Below, in pieces: positions 13,606 through 28,690 of a DNA stretch of 64,000 nucleotides. Origin of the DNA: the human T2T-CHM13v2.0 reference genome, Homo sapiens. Below the pieces are notes generated by a model. The model was not told the origin of the DNA. It ran no database searches and saw only the letters and a program-made list of their open reading frames with translations. The stretch lies in assembly GCF_009914755.1 (NCBI RefSeq), contig NC_060929.1, one strand, 5' to 3'. Within the stretch, counting starts at the first letter, position 1. Each line of letters starts with the position of its first letter. The position numbers and the translations under genes were made by a program.

Positions 13606-16600
13606 TACTTTACATATAATAAGTGTCATACCCTGATATTGGCCTATAATATGATTCTCCAGAGATAGCCCTTGCTAAGAGTATTTTAGGGGGTGATAAG
13701 CAATGAGCCTGCAAGAAAAAATGCAGCTAACAGATGACTATATGCAATATATTTCTAAAGTATTTTTATTTGTTGTCTCGAAATGAAAATCAAGCGGTTT
13801 CACATGACTGGAATACTTTCATGGAGCTCCCAGCTTTGGAAGTGACAGAGAAGTAAATAGATGCCACAAAACAGCATAAAAAGTACTCTGACTCCCAGCT
13901 TTTCTTGGAAAATCCAAAGACCTGCCACCAGGTTAGCAATGATTTGCTGAAATTGAGTGGTGCTAGTTGCTTAATATGAGGCATGCTCTCAAGGTTGTCA
14001 CAGTCCCACTCACTAAGCCAAAATCTGATTCCCTGCATGCACTTAAGTTTCTGTATCACTGGTATGTATCCTTACAAAATCCTTCTATAATGTTATGAGT
14101 ATTATGAGCACTGCTTACCATCTTCTTTTTTCCATTATATCCATATCGATATATACTAATTTACGTAGGTATTCCTCTGTATGATTACCTTATAGTATAT
14201 ATAACCAATCCCTTCCTGGTGGATATTTAAGTTAGTGCTATTTATTCTCCATTACAAACAACAAAACAGTGAATGTCCTTGTATATATCCCTTTGCATAC
14301 TTTGTGAGCGTTTCTCTTGAATGAACTTCTAGATGTAGAATTACTGAGTGAAATGGAATGATACTTACAATTTTGATAGATAATGCCAAAATGCTGAAGT
14401 TAGTTAGGATACAAGCCATGTTTAGTACCAAGCAGGGGGCAAGGAATGGTTGAGTTTGGAGAGTGGCATGGAGAGATGAACTGCCCATGATCTGAGCCTC
14501 TTCTTCAGCAACCACACTCCTGTACTCCTAGTGTACCTACAGTTGATTGCCACAAAGGCAATATCTCAAATGGCAGAGCTAGATCTAGCAAGGCAAATCT
14601 ATTTTAGAATCCTAGTTGAACAGTTAATTAATCATAATAAATTGAGCATAAAAACGAAATGAGATAATTCTGGTTATATTACAAAAGTCTCCATTTGTTA
14701 CTGAAAACCAAAGGGATTTTTATCGAAATGTTTATGTCTGGTTTGTTGACATTTCTCTCACTATTTTATCTCAATAATAATACTAATTCCCCCTATGCTC
14801 TCTCCCTTTCTGTTTCAGGCTTATCTCCCTTTGTGTTTCTTGGAGATTAACCTGATGTTACTCTGAGAAGGCTCTGTATGTTGTCAAGTTTTGAACTCTA
14901 CTGAACGGAACCAAAAATAAAAGTCTAAGACCAAAGTTGCAATAAAGTATTGACGTTTTTATTTAATAAATGTGGCAAATGGGATGACACGAAGATTAAG
15001 AGCACAGCCTGCCTGAGTGTAAGTTCCGAGTTCCTCAAGCACTGGCTGGGATAATACATAACCTCTCTCACCCTCTGTTTCCTCATCTGTAAGATGGGGG
15101 TAATTAAAGGGCTATGGTTCTTTGCACAGAATCTTGCACAAAACAATGTTAATTGTTATTATTTATTCTAGCACAGTAGCCAATCCCACCCCCTCTTAAA
15201 AGTTTTACAGGGTGTAGCAATGCCCAGACCACATAAACCTTCAGGCAGCCATTCTGTGAGTTGACAGTCATGAAATGGCCAAATCAGAATAAATAACTGC
15301 TTCAGGAAGAGAAGCCAGCAGTTGGGCTCAATTTTAAACTGTGCTTTAGATGCAACACAATAGATAAGAGGCCTGATAAGGAGAAAATGGCTAACCTTTA
15401 CTGAGCACTTACTCCTGTCACACTCTTTGGAGCATTTACAAGCATCTTCTCAGTGTGTGCTCACAATAATCCTATGGAGCAAGTGCTATTATTACCATTC
15501 CGGTCTCACAGATGAGAAAACCAAGCACAGCATGTTTAAGTAATTTGCTGTAGGTCACACTCTTATTTAATAAGATGGCACCAGCCATCTGACTCCAGAG
15601 TGTATGTTCATAACTACCATAAGTTAGAAATGATGCCAGAAAAAGATAAACTATAGCTAAAACAGAAAGAATTCAGATATTGTCAATTAATATCTATATC
15701 TTTTGAGCACTTTCTATGGACCAGACATTGTTTTACCAACATGTATTAGGAAATTTATTCCTTATGACAAGCCTGGGAAGTACTTGTTACTGATTGCATT
15801 TTTATGGATGGGGCCTAGAGCTTTTGAACACAAAGGGTCACAGAGCTGTTACTGGTGAAGCTAAGTTTCTAAAGCATGCCTCCAGATTCCAAGTCGCAAG
15901 CTTTCTCCCTAGGAATGCAATAAGAATTCCAAACACAAATGAGTCATCCTCATCACTCAGCAAATATTTTTTAAGCACCTACTTGTGTCAGACACAAATT
16001 AATGACACAGACATGGTTCCTGCACCATGGGATGTAGATTGTGTGAAAGAGAGACACAATTTATAAGAACAAGTGAGTAAATAATGAATATCATATAACT
16101 AATACATAATTAACACCATCACATGGCACCCTAAAAAATGTCTAATTGCTTTGACAGATGTTATTTACAGTCAGTTATAGAAAATCATTCTAATTCTTTT
16201 TTAATAAGGGAAAAAAATTTGTTTCTCCTGTATTTCACATTATCCTGGAAGGCCTACTCATAAAAAGAGACATCTTGCACTAATCAGAGCACTTGGGGAA
16301 TTACTGAATTTTGCAACTTTCTCACTTGTGTGACAAAAAAAAAACAAGATTGTGGTTACCCAATTGTCTGAGCAAACTGTCAGCTTTTGCACAGACTTGC
16401 CCTGAGTTTAATAAGAATTAAGGTTGCATCCTGCTCCTGGTTTTGAATCAAAACATTTACTGATTTCATCAGAAAGGAAACAGTGAAAGAAAGGGAGAAA
16501 GACAGGTTAGGAGTGAAATGATTTATCACTTACTTTTCTTTAGTAAGGCACAGTATCTGTCATGGATTAACGTCTAATTACAGCAGTTTCAGAGCTGTGA

Positions 16601-16746
16601 AGTTTATTATTTTTTTAATGGCTATCTTATCAACTGTAATGCATAAGCTATTAGGGTTATAGGATTTAACTCCCCCTGTTGCAGATGTTTTAGTAAATCT
16701 GTAATGATTTAAGCATTTTTAATATCTTTTAAAAATGTATTACACT

Positions 16747-19282
<2,536 letters not shown>

Positions 19283-19565
19283 GTATTACACTAGAATATA
19301 CATTCATTATAGAACAATTACAAACATACATGAGCAAAATTTTTAAAAATAAAAATCAACTAATAAGCCCAGTGGCTAGAAATAACCATTGCTAACATTT
19401 TGGCATGCATTCTCCTAGTCTTTATATTATATATATGTATATGTGTGTATCATTTTTAAATAACCTGAACTCATATAACTTAAGTTTCAATATTAATTGT
19501 GAATGATCCTTCACATCATTAAATATGCATCTCCTTATCATTTTTAATAGTTGTATAATATTCCC

Positions 19566-19567
<2 letters not shown>

Positions 19568-19609
<42 letters not shown>
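19568..19609. repeat. (AT)n microsatellite
   Basis: About 21 perfect units. Confidence 0.95.
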
Positions 19610-19612
<3 letters not shown>

Positions 19613-20446
19613 CATTTATTTACCCACTCCCCTATTTTTGGACATCAGGCTGTTTAACTTTTCACTTTTATAAGTAATGCTATAAGGAACACACTTGGAT
19701 ACATATCTGTTATGTTACATAAATTTATAGAAGTGGTATTTTAGGATCAAAAGGTGAGAAGTGAGACCATATTTTTAAGACTTTAGACTTAAACTTTTTT
19801 TTACTTTTCATTTTGAAATAATTACAGACTCATAAGACATTGCAAAAATGTTACAGAGAAGTCCATTGTACCCGTCACACAACTTCCCCCAATCATAAGT
19901 TTTCATATAACCATAATAGATTATAAAAACTAGGAAACTGGCTTTGGCACAATACAATTAACTAGAATACAGTTACAGTTTTACCAATTACTTGGATTTT
20001 ACCAATTACTTGGATTTTACCAGCAGAATTATTTTCTAGTAATAATAGAATGGAAAGATGCATTCTTACTTTCCTACTTTCTCCTCTCACAAATCTGCCT
20101 TTAGAACTTCCTTCTAATCTGTAGAGGAAAGAATACAAACATGCTTGGTAGACTATTCTTTTTTATTGACAATCAAGAGGAAGAAATGCACTTAAGAATC
20201 TCTCACCAGATGTAGAGTGGGTAAATCCCCATTTATGGCACAGAAATGGGGAGATTTCTGTCTTTTGGTTCTTCACAATCACTTCCGTTTCTTTATGATA
20301 CACTAGATCAGAGTCTCCTATAGCCTGGGGTACCCTAACCCAAAAGGAATAACACTGAATCACACCAGGAGAAAGTTATTCTCTTTTCATTTTTCCTTCA
20401 CTTTTCTGATAACACCAAGGAGAAAGCCTCAGTTTTGGGCTAGTCT

Positions 20447-20956
<510 letters not shown>

Positions 20957-21407
20957 TAAAAACTGATTCGACATTTTAAAAAAGTACATGATTATGGCAA
21001 AAGGCATAAAGATAAAATGCAAATGATGGAGGTTAGGGATACATTGTGTAAGAGCATTTTGATCAATAAAGAACTGAGCAATCACATGGCCTAGCATGTT
21101 TTTCTTTGGATTAGTCTGCGTTAGAATGAGAACCATCTGGCATCTGGTTCTTTTATGAGATCTACTTACAGAAAAAGAAGAAAGAAGATAAGAAGCCTAC
21201 ATCTATTAAGCACTATTATATACATCATCTCAACTGACTCTTCAGAACATCTCAATGAAGTAGGTGCTACTAGCATCCTCACTTTATCCATGAGGAATCC
21301 AAGGAACAGAGGAAGAGAGTAATTCGCCTAAGTGATCTATCTGTCTATCTAGCAACTGGCAGAGCTGAGATTCAAACCGGGTCTGTTAGACTCCAAAACC
21401 ATAGGGC

Positions 21408-21716
21408 TTTTTGTCTGTTTGTTTTGTTTTGTTTTAGACAGGGTCTCACTTTGTCACCCAGGCTGGAGTGCAGTGGTGCGATCTCAGTTCACTGCAGCCT
21501 CAACCTCCTGGGCTCAAGTGATCCTCCCACCTCAGCCTCCCTAGTAGCTGGGACTATAGGCATGTGCCACCATACTCAGTTAATTTTTGTATTTTTTGTA
21601 GAGACAGGATTTTGCCATGTTGCCCAGGCTGGTCTTGAACCCCTGAACTCAAGCCATCCGCCTGCCTTAGCCTCCCAAAGCGCTGGAATTACAGGCATGA
21701 GCCACTGCACCTGGCC
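21408..21716 (-). mobile_element. AluJ
   Basis: Antisense Alu flanked by CAAAACCAT repeats. Confidence 0.9.
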
Positions 21717-22999
21717 CAAAACCATGCTCTTGACTGCTGGTTCCAACTGTTTCCTATTAAATTTAAGAACAATAAGTCACCTCCAGAAAATGTATAATGC
21801 CTCTTTGTCCTGGCCAGCAGTCTGGGTCACTTTACTGTGGGCCTGGTGATTGCATGAGAATATTTTAAAGTACACTCCTCACCTGCAAACATACCCTCAA
21901 TTGGAGAGGAAATCTCACATCTGACTTCATCCTGGGTCTGTATCCTTTAAAGAAAGAGTGTTAATAGCCACTCAACCCTGTCAGTCTGATTTTCTTCACA
22001 TTTCTGCTGTTGTCCTCCAGTCATTCCTCCTCTTGAATTGTCCCAAAGGTTTCTCAGTATCACTAGAAAAATCAAATCATATGAGCAAGGTCAACATCAC
22101 AGAAACAGATAACATAGGTCTATTTAAATATTTAAAACATATCTAGATTTATACTAGGTACTAATCGAAGAGAGCAAAGATGTACAAAACATGGCCTTCA
22201 GCAACAAGGGTCCAGTGATGGTCAAGAGAGGTTTCATGACCCTGCAGCTCTAAAACTTTAGATTTCCAAATACCTCAACTCCTTTGATGGATTTAAGGAG
22301 TGCCTTACAAATGAGTAACTTTATGGCAGAGAGCCTGCGACCAAGTGGCTAAGAGCCAGTCAAATGAAAATAGTACACCTCTAAAATCATAATTCCAATA
22401 AGTAAATTTGATTGACAAAACTTACCTAAACACTTGTTTGTGATTTAATTTTTAATTGGAAAGAAACTGTCTTAGCCTGAGACAAAGGCTTGCTTCCTTG
22501 AAAGTGATTTATTTGGGAGCAGGAGTTAGGATAGAGGAGTGAAACGGAATGAGAGAAAGCTAGCACAAAGATGCATTATTGTGTTAGCCCCCTATGGATG
22601 AAAGGTACTCATCCCACAAGACCTTCTGAAGAACTTTATGACATCTCAAGACTGCCTTCCCAGAGGATAAAAGGGGAAAATGTATCCACAGACTTTCCAT
22701 TAGTCAAAGACGGTCCACACTTCTGGATCATGTACATGTGTGTGTGAAGCAAGTTCTCATGTGTGTCCCATGCTGCAACATCAGAGAAGCTCCAAGGCAG
22801 TAGGCAAGAAGTATGTGGCTAGATCTTGAGGATAGACACTGCCAAGTAGAATCTCTGCATGTGGCCTGAATCTGGGAAAACTTCTTAGCTTAAATAAGAG
22901 GTGTGGTTGAGAACATTCAAAGTGACACTCAAGAGGTGTCTAATATAAAACCATTATCAACCATTTGGGGTACACCTGCTCAAACACAAATTTTTAAAA

Positions 23000-23620
23000 A
23001 CATCATTCATTCATGTAGTCATCAATAAACCCATTCAACATTTATTGAGTATCAACCACATGCCAGCCACTGTGTTAGATACAGGGGAACAGAAGAGCAA
23101 CAAGACACATAAGGTCCTTCCTCTCTTGGAGTTTACAGTCTATTTGCGGGAGTTGGGCATTAAATAAATCATTATAAAATAATTACTGAGTTACAGCTGT
23201 GATAGCTGTTATAAAGGAGAAGTGTAGGATGACAAACTTTCTACTCATGAAAATCAAAGAAGTCTTCCTGGAGGAACTGACATTTTTTAAAGCTCAAATT
23301 TGCAGAGAAGGGCATTAAAAAAGCAAAGCAGGGAGGAAGAGAGTAACTAGGAAGAGAGGAAGGGGAAGAGGGTGTGTTGAAGACAGAAAGAAGAGCATGA
23401 ACAAATACTTGATGACAAAAACGCTATCCTAAGAGTGAAGAGAAACCCAGTGGGTCAAGAGTGTGCTGAGTGAGGGGGTGATGGGGGTATAAGTTGAAGC
23501 AGGAGAGGTGGGCATGAGCCAGATCACGCAGGGCCTGACAGTGCGGAAGAAGGATTTGATGTTATCCTAAGGTTATGGAAACCTACTGAAGAGTTTTGAC
23601 TAGGGAAACAATAAGACCAG
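23000..23620 (-). mobile_element. L2 fragment
   Basis: CATTCAACATTTATTGAG...GAGTTTACAGTCTA...GCCAGATCACGCAGGGCCT. Confidence 0.7.
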
Positions 23621-25269
23621 GTTTGCTTGTTTGTGTGTTTTATATACATAAATCTAAATGTACTCATAAATATGCACAGCAGAAGGTCAGACATATCATA
23701 CAGATTTTTTAAAAGAATGCAGCCAATCATCACCCCATAACTATACAGATAGAATCAGGAGTGTTGGTGGGGTGGGAACAGCGGGAGAAGGGAGGTGGCC
23801 TGGAGTCTGAAGAGGTATGCATAGTTCACCTTTTTGTTTGTTTTTAAAGACTACATGTTCATCTGATTTGATGCCAAGGTAGTATTTGGGTAAGCCAGAA
23901 CAAATCCCCATTTAAAACTCTCGCCCTTCTTTAAAAGTTTCAAGAAATTTTCTCTTCAAGACTAACCTCATGTGGGTGGTGTTGGGGACCACCTACAGGG
24001 CGTCGTTTGAGAGGTGCTGAAAGATGACCCCTCGCTTCAGTGTACCTTTTCTCTGTCCTCCATTAGAACCTAAAATTCTACCATCACGATTCTACTTGGC
24101 TGGATTTTCAATTGCCAGATTTGCTACAAGAGTAACCCACTGGATCTAGTCTGCCTTCCTGGGACTGAGCTGGTTTGACTGCATTTTCTCAGGGATGGGA
24201 AGGTTTGAAGCTTTTAAGACCATTGACCATACAGGGGTGTGGAGGGGCCATGAGATGGGTAGACTACAACCCAGAGGGGCCCAATCTCCTTTTCTGACAT
24301 CAATATTTTGTCTTGGGTTGGCTCTGAGATCAGCTGGTGTGTACAATATGGGTATATGTGTAACCATGTGCAGATTTAAATAGTAAAGATACATGGGTGT
24401 ACTTATGATATGTACATGATTTTATAAAATGAAAAGAAACACAGGCCCCGGGATTAGACCAACCTGAGTTCAGATCACAAGGTTTGTAACCCTGGGAAAG
24501 TTACAGTATCTTACGGGGTGGTTGGGAGAATTCAATGAGATAATATGTTTAAAATCTTAGCATTGGTCAGTGGCATACAGCAAGTGCTCCATAGGTGTTA
24601 CTATTATTAAGATTATGTATGTGTGCACCCTTACACAAGTGTATGCATGCATCTGCATATAGGTGCAGATATGAGTATGTAAGGGAGATAGAGTGTGTTT
24701 AAGAACAAGAGAAAGAATAATGAAAAATATCGCCAATCTCTGCAACAGGAGTTCCAGCATAGGAGTGGCCCTTTTTACGGAGTGAGACCACTGCAGGGCA
24801 CAAAGGAAACTGACTCAGCTTTACTAAGTGGGAAACAGAGTAAGAGGACAGTAAACCTCAAGAGCTTCCTTAGTGGCACAGACTCAAGAGTAGAAATTAA
24901 TAGAAGGAGACAGGCAAGCAGAATGGGATGTGATGTTATCAAAGCTCAAAAGTGACGTTAAAAAAGTAATAGTTGAAAGTGGTCTCTGAAATTGTCCTAC
25001 ATCAAAATTAGGCCTCCGTGCTCAGAAAATAGATAACCATCGGCTCCATCCTAAAGTTCTGGGCCACATGCATGTTTGATGTTTTGGAACTAACATGAAA
25101 GAACGTGGAAAAATATGTAAACAATGTTTTCAGACCTCCTGGTCTCCTCTTAAGATTTTCCCATTGAGCTGTGTCTGAACACTCTCTGCATAATAAATAA
25201 TTGTCATCCTTACGTCTAGAGAGAAGATATAGTAATAACAATAATTTTAAAAAGAACACCCAGTTTCTT

Positions 25270-25561
<292 letters not shown>

Positions 25562-25732
25562 TCAAACACCTAGTTTCTAGTCCCAATTCTGCCCCTAACT
25601 CACTGGACAACTTCAAAGAATCCCTTGATCTTTCTGGGCACAGCTGCCTCATCTGTAAGAGAAAGTGAGTAGCCAGTTTTGTCCATTATCTTTTGACCTC
25701 TTGCCCTCTTAGGGGAGGCTTAGCTCCCTTGA

Positions 25733-26029
<297 letters not shown>

Positions 26030-26859
26030 CAGCCTCTTAAAGTTATATCACTCCATGACATTGTTAAGAGCACAGCCCACTTGCCTTCTGCTAGCTGTGA
26101 CTCCCGAGATGAGTTATTTATCCTCTCTGTGTCTCAAGTTCCCTCATCTGCAAGATGAAAGTAAAGAATAGTTTAGTGTCTCCTTGGGTTGTTAAGGGGT
26201 TAAAGGGCTAACACAGGTAAGGTATTTAGAACAGTGGTTGACACAGATAAGGACTACCCTGGCATTAAGATTGTTATTATTCACTTAATCGGATACCTTT
26301 GTAATTTTACATGAAATGTATTATCGATAAATCAAAAAATAGAAATATAGGCATAATCTGAGGATATGAAAAGACTACAGTGGATAACAGGCAGGAGGAG
26401 AGCTTGGAGGCCACTGCTTTTCCTTTTTTGAAAAAGCTTCTCTGTGCTTTGATTTTTCACGTATGTGTATATACGTGACACTAGTTTTTTAATTTAAACA
26501 GATTGAGCAAAAAGATCACTAAAGTCCCTCTTATCTCTAAATTCAGAGATTGACTATGATTTTCAAAGAGCAATATTTTCTAGGTGTCCGACTTATCCTT
26601 GTTTTCATAGCTTGACCATTTTTACTTTTGACCTTCCCAGGAAATCCTTATGAAGATTTAAAATAAACACAATCACTTTGGTATGTTTATAATGGAGCAG
26701 GTTCTGACTCCTTGGATACTACAGAAAACGGGAAAGGTGAAAATATGAACTTTGTAAATACTTGGCCTTAGGGACTGGCTTATATTTTACCTCTTACAAT
26801 CTTTTCCCAGAAGCAATTCAGTAAACTGAAGGAAAGATCATAAAGTTAACAACTGCAAC

Positions 26860-27260
26860 AACAAAAGCGTGGTAAGTAGGCAGCGCCCTGGCAGTGAAAG
26901 CGTTAACAGGGCTGGGTAAGGCGATCCCTTGAAATGAGTAAGACTGAGTGGTTAAAGTTTTCAAAGCGGTTGGCAGCAGCGGCGCTTGGAGGAAAGGAAG
27001 CCGGTTGGAGGGCGCAGCGCACCCCTGCTGCGCGGAGGAGGGGGCTGAGCTGAACTCAGCAGAAGTTACATGCACAAGGTTAGTGGCCCCCACACGCCTC
27101 CCCAGCCCGCTGCCGCGCTGACATCTTTGGAGAGGAGGCTTAGGAAGGCGAGGCGCCATCGCTCATTCTCGGTCGTGTCTGTCCTGCTTACTAGTCGCTA
27201 GTGGGGCCACTGGCCTTCTCGCCAAACCTCTGGGCTCGGTGCTTACCGAAGCCCTGGCAC
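26860..27260. promoter_or_regulatory. CpG-rich, TATA-less promoter region of SH3RF2
   Basis: Densest non-repeat, non-coding CpG cluster in the window (GGCGCAGCGC, GCGCGG, GCCGCGC), directly upstream of the first coding exon. Confidence 0.75.
26960..27078 (+). other. SH3RF2: Probable SH3RF2 exon 1 (5' UTR); start approximate
   Basis: GC/CpG-rich segment ending in donor AAG|GTTAGT at 27078/27079, about 1.1 kb upstream of the exon 2 acceptor. Confidence 0.7.
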
Positions 27261-28206
27261 TTGTGAGGGACAGCTGACTTCTTCCAGACTTTTCTAAACT
27301 GGAGGCTTCTTTTCATACATCCAAAAGGAAACTTGTTTCTGGAACAAGTACTGTTTTCAGAGTACACACACACACGACCCCTACCTGTATATGCTGCCCC
27401 AGTACGGTTTTTACAGGTCGTGACCACAATCCAGAATTCCTATCTGCTTCATTTGAAATTGAGAACAATGTCAAAGTAACTAAACAGGCTGCACTACTTT
27501 ACCTTGTGGGAGGAACATTGTCTCTGAGCCTAAGGTAATCGGGATGAGGAGAGAAAAAAAAAAAAAGATGAAAAAAGAAAAGAAACAAAGCTTCCAAGCA
27601 CCCTGACCTGTGGTTAAGGCAAAACAATTTTTGGAAATGGGTTTCTAGTGGAAATTTTTCTTGTACATTGCTAGAATCATGTGGGAAGGTATATTGTGAA
27701 GGAAATAATTCTACATCTGCATGAGATTCAGATAAACTTACCCACCTAAACTAATCTGCATGTGGTGCAGATAATAGATACATTTAGATTTAGGGGAAGG
27801 AGGAGGAGGAGATAGCTTCACAGAAATTGCGTTCGGAGGGGGCTTTGTTGTAAGAATTGAGACTGTCCAGGAGCTTTCCCCGGGCAGGGGGTAAAGGACC
27901 TCTTCCCGCCCTGGCTGGTAGAGAGGGGTTGGGGGGCCACTTCAGCAGGCCAGTTTATCTCCCTGCTTTCCTGTCCACATAGGCAATAAGCAGTCAGTCT
28001 TGTGCTGAATGTTCCCTCTGATCCTCACAGCAAGCACGAGTTGAGTCTTATACCTGCTAGCATTGAATCAGAATGAGTCATTTGAAACTTGGGTGCCGGA
28101 ACAAAGTACTTGCAAACTGCCTTATGAGACACTGCCTCAATGTAGGTGGGATATACCTCTCGGAGCAGTCACATTTTTTTTTCTCTCCTCTCCCTCCTTC
28201 AAGCAG

Positions 28207-28312
28207 GCAAAAATTCTGACGTTCTCAAGAGACCAGCTCTGCCCCCGTGGCTCAACTGACCCTACCATGTGGACGCTGCTCCTCCAGGTGGGAACTGGAG
28301 TTTTGAAATAAA
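28207..28312 (+). other. SH3RF2: 5' UTR part of SH3RF2 exon 2
   Basis: Long polypyrimidine tract (~28174-28200) followed by AAG CAG|GCA acceptor, 106 nt upstream of the ATG. Confidence 0.85.
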
Positions 28313-28690
28313 ATGGATGATTTGACGTTACTTGATCTTCTGGAGTGCCCTGTGTGCTTTGAGAAGCTCGATGTCACAGCCAAAGTCCTCCCTTGCCAGC
28401 ACACCTTCTGCAAACCATGTCTACAGAGGGTTTTCAAGGCCCACAAAGAGCTGCGGTGCCCCGAATGCAGGACGCCTGTGTTTTCCAACATTGAGGCGCT
28501 GCCGGCCAACCTGCTGCTCGTGCGCCTTCTGGATGGAGTGCGCTCAGGGCAGAGCTCCGGGAGAGGGGGCTCCTTCCGCAGGCCTGGCACGATGACCTTG
28601 CAGGATGGCAGGAAAAGCAGGACCAACCCCAGACGTCTGCAGGCCAGTCCTTTCCGGCTAGTGCCTAATGTCAGAATCCACATGGATGGG
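28313..28690 (+). CDS. SH3RF2: First coding exon of SH3 domain-containing RING finger 2 (E3 ubiquitin ligase), codons 1-126 including the C3HC4 RING domain; CDS continues beyond the window
   Basis: [53 protein letters not shown] is the POSH/SH3RF-type RING. Strong start context aaaATGG. Phase-0 donor GGG|GTAAGA at 28690/28691 (378 nt = 126 codons). Confidence 0.96.

Noticed and set aside
19979-20022. 18-bp tandem duplication TTTTACCAATTACTTGGA
   Set aside because: Ordinary slippage inside an old L1 remnant. Similar cases lie at ~33417 and ~58436.
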